A stretch of 64,000 nucleotides of DNA from a virus (IMGVR_UViG_2778260992_000001); one strand, 5' to 3'; numbered from the stretch's first letter, positions 49,050-58,154 are shown. Translations and numbers: made by a program. Notes: generated by a model not told the origin, from the letters alone.

Positions 49050-49206
49050 CCCGTCTCCTTTATTTTAATTTGCGCAATTGTCGCCTTGTAGTGTACTCCA
49101 GCTACGACATTTAATCATTTATGAGAAATGCTGTTATCACATGGCAGACATAAGGCCATTTTGTTACTATCAAGCCCCTTTTCACTACAAAGAAGTAATG
49201 CCTACT

Positions 49207-51240
49207 ATGACCCAAGTCGCGAAGAAAATTCTGGTGACGTGCGCGCTGCCGTACGCTAACGGCTCAATCCACCTCGGCCATATGCTGGAGCACATCCAGG
49301 CTGATGTCTGGGTTCGTTACCAGCGAATGCGCGGCCACGAGGTTAATTTCATCTGTGCCGACGATGCCCACGGTACGCCGATCATGCTGAAAGCACAGCA
49401 GCTTGGTATCACACCGGAACAGATGATTGGCGAAATGAGTCAGGAACACCAGACTGATTTTGCAGGCTTTAACATCAGCTATGACAACTATCACTCGACG
49501 CACAGCGAAGAGAACCGTCAGTTGTCCGAGCTTATCTATACTCGCCTGAAAGAGAACGGTTTTATTAAAAACCGCACCATCTCTCAGCTGTACGATCCGG
49601 AAAAAGGCATGTTCCTGCCGGACCGTTTTGTGAAAGGCACCTGCCCGAAATGTAAAGCACCGGATCAATACGGCGATAACTGTGAAGTCTGCGGCGCTAC
49701 TTACAGCCCGACTGAACTGATCGAGCCGAAATCGGTAGTTTCTGGTGCTACGCCGGTAATGCGTGATTCCGAACACTTCTTCTTTGATCTGCCTTCTTTC
49801 AGCGAAATGTTGCAGGCATGGACCCGCAGCGGTGCGTTGCAGGAGCAGGTGGCAAACAAAATGCAGGAGTGGTTTGAATCTGGCCTGCAACAGTGGGATA
49901 TCTCCCGCGATGCGCCGTACTTCGGTTTTGAAATTCCGAACGCACCGGGCAAATATTTCTACGTCTGGCTGGACGCGCCGATTGGCTACATGGGTTCCTT
50001 CAAGAATCTGTGCGACAAACGCGGCGACACTACCAGCTTCGACGAATACTGGAAGAAAGACTCCACCGCCGAGCTGTACCACTTCATCGGTAAAGATATC
50101 GTTTACTTCCACAGCCTGTTCTGGCCTGCCATGCTGGAAGGCAGCAATTTCCGCAAGCCGACCAACCTGTTTGTTCATGGCTATGTGACGGTGAACGGTG
50201 CGAAGATGTCCAAGTCTCGCGGCACCTTTATTAAAGCCAGCACCTGGCTGAATCATTTTGACGCTGACAGCCTGCGTTACTACTACACTGCGAAACTCTC
50301 TTCGCGCATTGATGATATCGATCTCAACCTGGAGGATTTCGTTCAGCGCGTGAATGCCGATATCGTGAACAAAGTGGTTAACCTGGCCTCCCGTAATGCA
50401 GGCTTTATCAACAAGCGTTTTGACGGCGTGCTGGCAAGCGAACTGGCTGACCCGCAACTGTACAAAACCTTTACTGATGCTGCTGAAGTGATTGGTGAAG
50501 CATGGGAAAGCCGCGAATTTGGTAAAGCGATTCGTGAAATCATGGCGCTGGCTGATCTGGCTAACCGCTATGTCGATGAACAGGCTCCGTGGGTGGTGGC
50601 GAAGCAGGAAGGGCGCGATGCCGATCTGCAGGCGATTTGCTCTATGGGCATTAACCTGTTCCGCGTGCTGATGACGTACCTGAAACCGGTACTGCCGAAA
50701 CTGACTGAACGTGCAGAAGCATTCCTGAATACAGAACTGACCTGGGATGGTATCCAGCAACCGCTGCTGGGCCATAAAGTGAATCCGTTCAAGGCACTGT
50801 ATAACCGCATCGACATGAAGCAGGTTGAAGCACTGGTGGAAGCATCCAAAGAGGAAGTAAAAGCCGCTGCCGCGCCAGTAACTGGCCCACTGGCAGATGA
50901 TCCGATTCAGGAAACCATCACCTTTGACGACTTCGCCAAAGTTGACCTGCGCGTGGCTCTGATTGAAAACGCGGAGTTTGTCGAAGGTTCTGACAAACTG
51001 CTTCGCCTGACGCTGGATCTCGGTGGCGAAAAACGTAATGTCTTCTCCGGCATTCGTTCCGCTTATCCAGATCCACAGGCACTGATTGGTCGTCACACCA
51101 TTATGGTGGCCAACCTGGCTCCGCGTAAAATGCGCTTCGGTATCTCCGAAGGCATGGTGATGGCTGCTGGCCCCGGCGGGAAAGATATCTTCCTGTTAAG
51201 CCCGGATGCTGGTGCTAAACCAGGCCACCAGGTTAAGTAA
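49207..51240 (+). CDS. metG: methionyl-tRNA synthetase (host-type)
   Basis: [26 protein letters not shown] (HIGH) and KMSKS motifs; essentially the E. coli-type MetG sequence; start set at MTQVAKK, 43 codons inside the track ORF. Confidence 0.95.
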   Translation: MTQVAKKILVTCALPYANGSIHLGHMLEHIQADVWVRYQRMRGHEVNFICADDAHGTPIMLKAQQLGITPEQMIGEMSQEHQTDFAGFNISYDNYHSTHSEENRQLSELIYTRLKENGFIKNRTISQLYDPEKGMFLPDRFVKGTCPKCKAPDQYGDNCEVCGATYSPTELIEPKSVVSGATPVMRDSEHFFFDLPSFSEMLQAWTRSGALQEQVANKMQEWFESGLQQWDISRDAPYFGFEIPNAPGKYFYVWLDAPIGYMGSFKNLCDKRGDTTSFDEYWKKDSTAELYHFIGKDIVYFHSLFWPAMLEGSNFRKPTNLFVHGYVTVNGAKMSKSRGTFIKASTWLNHFDADSLRYYYTAKLSSRIDDIDLNLEDFVQRVNADIVNKVVNLASRNAGFINKRFDGVLASELADPQLYKTFTDAAEVIGEAWESREFGKAIREIMALADLANRYVDEQAPWVVAKQEGRDADLQAICSMGINLFRVLMTYLKPVLPKLTERAEAFLNTELTWDGIQQPLLGHKVNPFKALYNRIDMKQVEALVEASKEEVKAAAAPVTGPLADDPIQETITFDDFAKVDLRVALIENAEFVEGSDKLLRLTLDLGGEKRNVFSGIRSAYPDPQALIGRHTIMVANLAPRKMRFGISEGMVMAAGPGGKDIFLLSPDAGAKPGHQVK

Positions 51241-51323
51241 TTAAGCAACCATTCTTCACAATGCCCGGCAATACGCTGGGCATTTTCATTTAGACACAAT
51301 CCCTTCTGATTTACACATACCCT

Positions 51324-51338
51324 AAAACAATTTGTTTT
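51324..51338. promoter_or_regulatory. class-1 palindromic element AAAACAATTTGTTTT (first of a tandem pair)
   Basis: First element-type motif after the metG stop; second copy GAAAACAACTTGTTTT at about 51374-51389. Confidence 0.5.
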
Positions 51339-51401
51339 CTGCCTTTTGTTGATTGAGATAATAAACCACATAAGAAAACAACTTGTTTTGGAGTGGTTTA
51401 A

Positions 51402-51701
51402 ATGTTGAACATTACCCAAGCCTACCAGGTGGCATTGATCAGCTCATCTCATACATCAGAGGAAGATGCTCGCCGATTCATGATCGCAAGCAATGAGCTG
51501 GATTGGGTTTCACAAATTGAGTACGGTTGCATTGTCCACGCCGGGTTACAGGATGATGTCTGGAAAGACAACTTGCGTCGATATGGTATATCCGAGGGCG
51601 CGATTTCGAACATTCAGAAGGTACTTGATGTAGGCTTCGACTCTGTACATTTCGATTGTGGCGCACCGGTCGTTGAAGGGCTTGAGTGCTGGCAATGGTA
51701 A
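51402..51701 (+). CDS. hypothetical protein
   Basis: 99-aa ORF with class-1 elements upstream. Confidence 0.5.
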   Translation: MLNITQAYQVALISSSHTSEEDARRFMIASNELDWVSQIEYGCIVHAGLQDDVWKDNLRRYGISEGAISNIQKVLDVGFDSVHFDCGAPVVEGLECWQW

Positions 51702-51737
51702 TCCGGCAATCGCTTCATACTAGATAACGGAGAATTT

Positions 51738-51923
51738 ATGCTTAAAGAAGACTCATATCTACTAAAGGCGCTTGAAATGCGTGGCGTTGAACCTACAGTG
51801 AAAAACGCCCACGATATCTACCTTCAGTTTTCACCGGAGCTGAAACGGCTCATAAATCAATACGGGGTTAATGACTCAAGTGTTAAAGCGATGATAGATG
51901 ATGAATTAGACCATCTCATCTAA
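51738..51923 (+). CDS. hypothetical small protein
   Basis: 61-aa ORF. Confidence 0.4.
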   Translation: MLKEDSYLLKALEMRGVEPTVKNAHDIYLQFSPELKRLINQYGVNDSSVKAMIDDELDHLI

Positions 51924-52075
51924 TCGTTATCCTATGATAATGGTTTCACTTTGAGATTGTCATTTTTCATAGCCAAAGCTGATGTTTGTGGAAGGTGGAT
52001 TGATAAACGGATGCGTATTTAGGTTATACAAGTGAGAAAATTGATAATATATAAAAGCGATTTTTATGTGATGGA

Positions 52076-52645
52076 ATGGATGTGATGGAAACCCAGAACC
52101 AACAAACAAAACCTCTGAATAACATTTATGCGTGGATTCTAGCGTTCATGCCTTTCTTCTTTGGAGTATTGCCGGAAGAGTATACCAATTACGCTATTAT
52201 AATTGGGGGTGTAACTACCATCGGTTTGTTAGTAGCTGACAGAATGGCTCTATCGGAGTCTGGCTGTGAACCACCTTCAATTCTATGGGGGGTATTCCTC
52301 CTGCCTGTCTATCTCTGGAAGCGCGCGACTATTACAAAAGGCAGCAGAGTGCCATTTATCATAATCGTTGCGTCGCTGGCTTGGATTATCTTCATCGGCA
52401 TCCCACACAAGGACGAGGTTGCTCTTGAAGAAGCAGCCTGCCCTCTCGTGACAACTATTCTGAAAGAGAATAACGGTTCGACTGCACCAAAATGTATGAA
52501 GGTGACAATAGAGGACAAGGTGACGGATAAGTTCTATAGAGCAACGGCTACACTAGACAATGGTAATGACATTAACATTACTCTGGAACTTACCGGTGAC
52601 AGGAACTTCTACGTCCGTGTTCCAAATGTTTATCTGAACAACTAA
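52076..52645 (+). CDS. hypothetical membrane protein
   Basis: 189 aa; N-terminal hydrophobic helices, soluble C-terminal domain. Confidence 0.5.
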   Translation: MDVMETQNQQTKPLNNIYAWILAFMPFFFGVLPEEYTNYAIIIGGVTTIGLLVADRMALSESGCEPPSILWGVFLLPVYLWKRATITKGSRVPFIIIVASLAWIIFIGIPHKDEVALEEAACPLVTTILKENNGSTAPKCMKVTIEDKVTDKFYRATATLDNGNDINITLELTGDRNFYVRVPNVYLNN

Positions 52646-52759
52646 CGGTTGCAACTTATTGATAATGGCGGTCACAATTTGATTCTTTTCTATAAGAATC
52701 CGTTGATCGCCACTACTCCCCTTCCATACCTGCAATCATACCCTTAAATATCAATAGGT

Positions 52760-53560
52760 TATGGTTGTTTATACAAATAAGAAAACAACTAAATAACAGA
52801 TCAACGAAACGTCAACGCTTTCACCCGATTTGGTCTAAAAAATTGACGTTTTCACACATCACTTCTTATACCCGTAACTCTACGCAGCAGACAGCGCCAC
52901 AGCGTCCAATTTTCACCACAGACGACCCAACACACTACCAACAAAAACACACGCTCAAAATCGCTCCCGTTGCGTTACGCAACCATATAAACAACTTATT
53001 TTCAGGCATAACAAAACAACTAAATAACACACATGCCATTCCCAAAAACAACCAACCTCTTTATGGCAGGCTACCGAAAAGACCCACCTCTTCTCCCCAG
53101 GCTACCGGACAACCAACCTAACTTTCACAGGCAATCCGAAAACATTCATACGCGCGATACCCACGACACGCCATTACCCAAACAGCGAAGAAATACCAGA
53201 CTCACTGAAACCCCAACGAAGCCTGTTACCGCAAGGATTCTCTCAATCCCAAAAGACACGAAACAGAACAATCACGGGAAACGCCATTACCCAATACACG
53301 AATAACTACAAAAGCCTTTCAGGCACTCCAGACAAACAACTCAAACACAATAACGAAAGCAATCGCCCACCTGCCATTACTCCATACACGGAGAAGAACA
53401 ATCACCAAAACGACGAGAACACCCCATAGAAGAACCACCGCAAAACGAACGAAACCACATACACCGACAGAGAAAACAACACACCCAATTCACCAACAGA
53501 AATAGTCGCCGTATAGGACATTCTGGAAGGAGTGAGCATTAACGCCTATAGAGAGGTTGA
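52760..53560 (+). repeat. strongly strand-asymmetric A+C-rich, G/T-poor tract with degenerate internal repeats (candidate ncRNA or Rho-loading region)
   Basis: By eye about three-quarters or more A+C on the + strand over about 0.75 kb; repeated GCCATTACCCAA and AAAACAACTAAATAACA units; putative -35 TTGACG (52843-52848) and -10-like at 52866-52871; track ORFs here are low-complexity. Confidence 0.5.
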
Positions 53561-53618
53561 GACAGATAAAACACAACATGTATAGCGAAGAAGCCAGGTA
53601 TGTATAAGTGGGGATGGA

Positions 53619-53645
53619 AGGAGGGGTGTCGCCTCCTTTTTCGTA
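53619..53645 (+). terminator. rho-independent terminator closing the A+C-rich tract
   Basis: AGGAGG-ggtgtcg-CCTCCT followed by TTTTCGTATTT. Confidence 0.6.
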
Positions 53646-53699
53646 TTTATTCAACTCCTGATTTTATCCCCCGTAACACCCCTACGGTCAGCCTTCGGT

Positions 53700-53840
53700 C
53701 CATACAGGGGAAAGGCTGCATCCCGCTACAGAAACGGCTGGGTTGCCTTTGGGAACGGCTGGAGGTTTTCAGGGAAACGGTCGAGTTGCCTGTGTGGATT
53801 TCGGGAAAAGGCTCGATGCCGGTTCAGGAACGGTGGCGTA
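53700..53840. repeat. cluster of GRAAACGGC repeats (copy 1)
   Basis: GGGAAAGGCTG, AGAAACGGCTGG, GGGAACGGCTGG, GGGAAACGGTCG, GGGAAAAGGCTCG, GGAACGGTGG within about 140 bp. Confidence 0.55.
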
Positions 53841-54167
53841 CCGGTATAGCGAGAGGGAGAGTTGCGGCTACCCACCTGTAATGTGCGGGAAGAAGAGAGG
53901 CGCTCACGTAGGCGGACTTGCTTACCGCTGGATTCCCTCTGAATGCCCAGCTACAGCGTAATTGTGCCAGACAGCCAACGGGTCACAATCGATTTCAGTA
54001 GGTTTTTGGGGAGAGGATTACTCTGCCACCAGCCACTTTCGGCCACTAAATCAGAATAATGTAAAAAGTGTACTCGGTACTGAACCTGAAAACTCACTGC
54101 CAAAACCACATTCACCGGAACAAAATCCTTTTTCGCCTGTGCGTTATTGCGATAATAACACCATCAA

Positions 54168-54182
54168 GAAAACATGTTGTTT
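54168..54182. promoter_or_regulatory. class-1 element GAAAACATGTTGTTT with extended -10-like TGCGATAAT upstream
   Basis: CGATAAT-ACACCA-CAAGAAAACA block conserved with the 56.3 and 56.8 kb copies. Confidence 0.5.
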
Positions 54183-54194
54183 AAGGATTGCTTT

Positions 54195-54524
54195 ATGTTT
54201 ACAAATATCGACATCAACCAAATCAAGAAATTAACTCAAAAAGAGTTTGATCAGTTTTATGAGTTAGAAGGTTGGTCTTCCACTCTGATCAATTCAAGAT
54301 GGGTGCTGGAACTGATGACTCGTGATGACGCACCTGCTTTGATGATCAGCGACCTGGGTGAAGATGCTGACTTTATGGATATGAGCGAATTTTGTGTGGA
54401 CACATACAACCGCAGCCAGAAGTACTACTTCACATGCGATAGCGAAAATGACGTGATTTCTAAGGTCTATCTTCACCTCGTCCAGCATTGGGACGTTCAG
54501 GAGTTTCTTGAAGTATTCGAGTAA
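54195..54524 (+). CDS. hypothetical small acidic protein
   Basis: 109 aa, Asp/Glu-rich; start at ATG after AAGGA RBS. Confidence 0.5.
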   Translation: MFTNIDINQIKKLTQKEFDQFYELEGWSSTLINSRWVLELMTRDDAPALMISDLGEDADFMDMSEFCVDTYNRSQKYYFTCDSENDVISKVYLHLVQHWDVQEFLEVFE

Positions 54525-54650
54525 CCCCAACCAAAGCCAGCATTGCTGGCTTAATTTCTCTATAGCCGCAGGGAAGAACCTGCATATAGCTCATGCACCT
54601 GATCAATATGCTTTGTAGCCGTTTTCTTACTGGTATTATTTACGCCATTG

Positions 54651-54668
54651 AGAAAACAAGTTGTTTAC
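54651..54668. promoter_or_regulatory. class-1 palindromic element GAAAACAAGTTGTTTAC
   Basis: Upstream of the 54678 start. Confidence 0.5.
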
Positions 54669-54677
54669 GGAGTTGTG

Positions 54678-54989
54678 ATGAAAAAATCATTGGTTCTTGG
54701 TCTGGACAAAGACCAGAAGAGAAAAGAGAAGCCTGCGCTGGTTGCTCAATTAACTTTGCTGGACATCGTTGCCAATGGAACCTCTATTCGTCTGTTCCGT
54801 GAAACAGCGGTGTCTTTCGATAAAAACACCTTTACTCGTTATGTAATGAATGTTCGTCGCCAGCGTGGAAAAGGCTGGGTGGCATTTCAAAGAATGTGGC
54901 CGGAACATCAGCTCGAACTGGCTTTGATGGAAGTTAACCGCGTGGCCCAGCAAGAGATTCAGAGAGCATCAGTGATGGCAATAGCCTGA
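54678..54989 (+). CDS. hypothetical small basic protein
   Basis: 103 aa; start at ATG after GGAG (track ORF begins at a TTG codon, 54648). Confidence 0.5.
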   Translation: MKKSLVLGLDKDQKRKEKPALVAQLTLLDIVANGTSIRLFRETAVSFDKNTFTRYVMNVRRQRGKGWVAFQRMWPEHQLELALMEVNRVAQQEIQRASVMAIA

Positions 54990-55022
54990 TAATGTGCAAG
55001 TGGTAATTAGTCGACCGTACGA

Positions 55023-55050
55023 CAGCCCCGCCATCCTTACGGGGCTTTTT
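55023..55050 (+). terminator. rho-independent terminator
   Basis: AGCCCCG-ccatccttac-GGGGCT followed by TTTTTT. Confidence 0.65.
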
Positions 55051-55055
55051 TGTAT

Positions 55056-55071
55056 TGTAAGTACATACTTA
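55056..55071. promoter_or_regulatory. class-2 palindrome GTAAGTACATACTTAC
   Basis: Perfect 7-bp arms; between terminator and next gene. Confidence 0.45.
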
Positions 55072-55115
55072 CGATCATAGAATATAAAAATAACCAAAAC
55101 ACTACGGAGAGTGAA

Positions 55116-55511
55116 ATGACCGTTAAACGCGAAAAACTGACAGTTGATGTTTACTATGCCTCTGAAACCGCCGAAGGTAAGAATGTGGCAAAAATCACCG
55201 TTGTTACGTACAACACCGAAACTGGTGCCGAAGTCCAGGCCAGTACGATCGTGCGTAAAGGTGATGCCTCCGGCGGCGAGTACGCGACTCAATACCAGTC
55301 CATTCTCGATGCAACTGACCCGCTGCTGCTGAAAATCGAGAACTACTTCCGCCAGGTTAATGAAGAGGTGTTTGAAACCATGATGAATATGGTTAACACC
55401 GTATTCGCCTCCAGCCTGAATACCAACACTACCTGGATTGGTCAGTACGGCCTGCGCATTACCTCTGGCATTCCTGCCGACACCTTAATCCCTGAAAGCG
55501 TATTCGCTTAA
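55116..55511 (+). CDS. hypothetical protein
   Basis: 131 aa; start at ATG after GGAG RBS. Confidence 0.5.
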   Translation: MTVKREKLTVDVYYASETAEGKNVAKITVVTYNTETGAEVQASTIVRKGDASGGEYATQYQSILDATDPLLLKIENYFRQVNEEVFETMMNMVNTVFASSLNTNTTWIGQYGLRITSGIPADTLIPESVFA

Positions 55512-55520
55512 TCCTCTTTA

Positions 55521-55550
55521 AATGGCGCGTAAACCGCGCCATTTTATTAT
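55521..55550 (+). terminator. rho-independent terminator
   Basis: AATGGCGCG-taaac-CGCGCCATT followed by TTATTAT. Confidence 0.65.
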
Positions 55551-55557
55551 GCCCGAT

Positions 55558-55570
55558 AACAATTTGTTTT
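55558..55570. promoter_or_regulatory. class-1 palindromic element AACAATTTGTTTT
   Basis: Same AACAATTTGTTTTCTGCC block as at 51.3 kb. Confidence 0.5.
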
Positions 55571-55628
55571 CTGCCTTATCTGATTTGTGAAAATGATTTC
55601 ACTGAAGCAACTTAATAAGGAAACCATC

Positions 55629-56003
55629 ATGGGACTTGATATCTATATCGAGACGCAGCCTAAAAACGATCTGAATAACGAGGCATCCAGAAAGCAGGTT
55701 GCTTACTTCCGTAAGTTCAATGCGCTCGTTGGGTGGATGGAGCGCAACGTAGGTGAAGTCGAAAATTGTGAGCTTTTAGAATTAACGATGAATGACATTT
55801 GTTTTCTGAAGGCTCATTTGATGCACATAAACGAAAGTAATTGCGAAGAGTACTTGCCTACCCGGGAAGGTTTTTTCTTCGGCAGTCAGGAGTACGATGA
55901 AGGTTACTGGCATGATGTGGGGCAGTTGAAAGAGCTTGTGGAAGATCTGATTAAGAACCACGACTTTCACAATAACAGACTGACCTTCTGCGCCTGGTGG
56001 TAA
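55629..56003 (+). CDS. hypothetical small acidic protein
   Basis: 124 aa; start at ATG after AAGGA RBS (track ORF begins at GTG 55587). Confidence 0.5.
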   Translation: MGLDIYIETQPKNDLNNEASRKQVAYFRKFNALVGWMERNVGEVENCELLELTMNDICFLKAHLMHINESNCEEYLPTREGFFFGSQEYDEGYWHDVGQLKELVEDLIKNHDFHNNRLTFCAWW

Positions 56004-56154
56004 ATATGGGCGATTTCAAGAAACGCCTGAAGGAAAGAGCCGAGATGGTCAGAAAGCAAAACGCCTCTTCTGTCATCAGATACGCAAGGCAGTTTAGTCG
56101 CAACAACAAATCAGTTGAGGAAAAGATCCTTAGCGTAATCGGGCGATAATTATT

Positions 56155-56178
56155 AAGGCCACCAGCATTGGTGGTCTT
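56155..56178 (+). terminator. hairpin AAGGCCACCAGCATTGGTGGTCTT (repeat copy 1)
   Basis: Near-identical copy at 56625-56648; both followed by AAATGACT. Confidence 0.5.
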
Positions 56179-56304
56179 AAATGACTTTTAATAACCGAAG
56201 GTTAGTTTGAAACCTGGCTATCAACTTCCATAACCTTTCTTGTGTATTCAGCCTGTATTAACTTCTTTTATGCCTTATCTACACTGCGATAATTACACCA
56301 ACAA

Positions 56305-56319
56305 GAAAACAACATGTTT
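56305..56319. promoter_or_regulatory. class-1 element GAAAACAACATGTTT with upstream TGCGATAAT
   Basis: Conserved promoter block. Confidence 0.5.
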
Positions 56320-56338
56320 ACGCAGTTAGGATATGCTC

Positions 56339-56620
56339 ATGACTGATTTCACCATTACCCCTAAAGCACAAAATGTATTTCTTGAATCATGGCTGGACTT
56401 GCCGGAAACAGAACAGCAAGAAATGGATCATGTGGATTATGACGAGCAGGTAAGCACGCGATTCTTCCACTTTGAGGGATGCGTTTACGACATTGTCGAC
56501 TTCATGCGAGATGACCGCTTCCCTGAATGGCACGCAAGCTATCCACTAAACGCCTTTGCCATGCTGATGATCCGTGTGGATGATTCAGGGGATACCATCG
56601 ACATCGGTCTGCTCCACTAA
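56339..56620 (+). CDS. hypothetical small acidic protein
   Basis: 93 aa, strongly acidic (DLPETEQQEMDHVDYDEQ); start at second ATG with better RBS spacing. Confidence 0.5.
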   Translation: MTDFTITPKAQNVFLESWLDLPETEQQEMDHVDYDEQVSTRFFHFEGCVYDIVDFMRDDRFPEWHASYPLNAFAMLMIRVDDSGDTIDIGLLH

Positions 56621-56624
56621 AGGC

Positions 56625-56648
56625 TAAGGCCACCAGCATTGGTGGCCT
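56625..56648 (+). terminator. hairpin AAGGCCACCAGCATTGGTGGCCTT (repeat copy 2)
   Basis: Perfect stem; duplicate of the 56155 hairpin. Confidence 0.5.
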
Positions 56649-56789
56649 TAAATGACTATCTTGTTTCCCGCAGGCTAAAAACACCAACCTCTTACCTCCA
56701 GGCAACCGACAAACCCACCTGTTCCCGTCCGGCTACCGTAACTTTCCACTTTGACGCCTTATTCGTACAACGATAATTAACACCAACAA

Positions 56790-56803
56790 GAAAACAATTT
56801 GTT
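56790..56803. promoter_or_regulatory. class-1 element GAAAACAATTTGTT with upstream CGATAAT
   Basis: Conserved promoter block. Confidence 0.5.
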
Positions 56804-56824
56804 ATTTACGATAAGGAATTAATC

Positions 56825-57307
56825 ATGAATTTTATCGCTACTGTAAACGCACCCGCACATGGCAATATCGCTGTAACGTTCTCTGACATTGAAAAACGAG
56901 TACTTGGTGCATGGCGCGACAATGAGACGGTAGAACTGTCAGCACAAGAAAAATGCATTATTGCACGCGACATCATTGGCAATCGTCGTTACTCGCGGGT
57001 ATTTGAAAAAGCGTATGTGGTAAATTCTGGATTCGGAACGTTCGTCTTTCCGGTGCGCTCCGGGCGATTCTGCCAGTCCAAGCTGATTGAGTTCGCTACG
57101 CAGATTTCTGTCTGGATTAAAACTCAATCGTCGTTCAAATTTTCCGACGATGAAGCAGTATCGCAGGGGATGCGGATCGCCAACAATGCAATTAAATGCA
57201 AAAACATTACGTATACCGCTGGCGTTGATACATGGAAACTGTTTTGCGCTAACTTTATGCTGAATGTATACGCAAGCAACCGCATCCACATCCTTGATGG
57301 CGTGTAA
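56825..57307 (+). CDS. hypothetical protein
   Basis: 160-aa ORF; terminator hairpin GGGCC-agaaac-GGCCC downstream. Confidence 0.5.
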   Translation: MNFIATVNAPAHGNIAVTFSDIEKRVLGAWRDNETVELSAQEKCIIARDIIGNRRYSRVFEKAYVVNSGFGTFVFPVRSGRFCQSKLIEFATQISVWIKTQSSFKFSDDEAVSQGMRIANNAIKCKNITYTAGVDTWKLFCANFMLNVYASNRIHILDGV

Positions 57308-57314
57308 CTGAGAA

Positions 57315-57500
57315 GAGGGCCAGAAACGGCCCTTTCTCTATAGCCACCAGCTGCCGCAGGGAAATTTTCAGAAACGGCGAGGAACGTATTCATGAGCCGA
57401 CGGGAAACGGCCAGGATTTTTTCGGGAAACGGCTGCATTCGCCTTTATGTAGAAAAAACATCGGGAAGCTGGTGGAATCCAACCAGCGGTTGTCGGACAG
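57315..57500. repeat. cluster of GRAAACGGC repeats (copy 2)
   Basis: CAGAAACGGCCC, CAGAAACGGCGAGG, GGGAAACGGCCAGG, GGGAAACGGCTGC, GGGAAGCTGG; TTCTCTATAGCC also shared with the 54.55 kb region. Confidence 0.55.
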
Positions 57501-57894
57501 GTGAGCGGGGAAAATTATGATGACTTTCGTCACCTGAGACATCCAGATTTCTTTCGTAGCATAATCACATACGTGATTAAGTGGTGTGATTATGTGAAAA
57601 ATCACGCGCACATAATACGCGAGCGGATACAGAACAAAACAAAATGCCGATCCGCACCGACAAATAAACGCGGATCACATAGCAAGACTAAAAGCCAATG
57701 ATTAACCATACTCTATAGCGCAATATAACGCGTTTTAAGCGCGTTAATGTGTTAAGTAATGGGTATGTACTGGCAAGGATATAAAAGCGCGTCTATGGCG
57801 TTATTTTGGTGCTTATTTTTATGTTGTTGGAGTGAGTTAAAGACAATAAAAAACGCGCCATTGATGGCGCGTTATTGTGGAAGTATTGGAAACG

Positions 57895-57930
57895 AAAAAA
57901 GCGCCCATAGTGGGCGCTCGATTTTATTTA
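57895..57930 (-). terminator. terminator hairpin GCGCCCATAGTGGGCGC flanked by A- and T-tracts
   Basis: Perfect 7-bp stem; A6 upstream and T-rich downstream on + strand, so it can act for the minus-strand cassette; duplicate at 58397-58413; related ACGCGCCATTGATGGCGCGT hairpin at 57851-57872. Confidence 0.55.
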
Positions 57931-58154
57931 TGTAAACTGATTTCAAATCCCATTTCTACAAACGCTTTCAGCATTAAAAATATATCAGCGTCGTTCACGT
58001 CTGCTTTTTTTCGCTCCTGGTCGCTCAATAAGTCAATTTTGCGCGTCGTTTCATCTATAAGCTCGACTGCGCGCCCAGCGTAACCAGCGATCCCAGCGAT
58101 GCGATTAACATAATATTCGTTATGGACGTTAACGCCAGCGATAAGAACAAACAT
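57924..58154 (-). CDS. hypothetical small protein (cassette gene 3)
   Basis: 76-aa ORF, last gene of a minus-strand three-gene cassette. Confidence 0.4.
   Translation of the reverse strand: MFVLIAGVNVHNEYYVNRIAGIAGYAGRAVELIDETTRKIDLLSDQERKKADVNDADIFLMLKAFVEMGFEISLHK

Noticed and set aside
49264-51096. 610-aa minus-strand ORF antisense to metG, and similar long antisense ORFs inside dnaE, cobT and nrdA
   Set aside because: They lie entirely within well-supported genes on the opposite strand and have no motifs or initiation signals; typical antisense artefacts.
52765-53305. Track ORFs 52765..53121 and 53033..53305 inside the A+C-rich tract
   Set aside because: Translations are Pro/Thr/Asn/Gln/His/Lys low-complexity strings produced by the skewed base composition; no RBS or initiation context; treated as non-coding.
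53600-54234. Track ORFs 53600..53881, 53743..53961 and 53962..54234 over the GRAAACGGC repeat cluster
   Set aside because: Overlapping frames, Gly/Arg-rich repeat-driven translations, no initiation signals; the region is better explained as a repeat or regulatory element.
56006-56149. 47-aa basic ORF (MGDFKKRLKERAEMVRKQN...) preceding the duplicated hairpin
   Set aside because: Below the track length cutoff and with a weak RBS; possibly real but not supported well enough to annotate as CDS.
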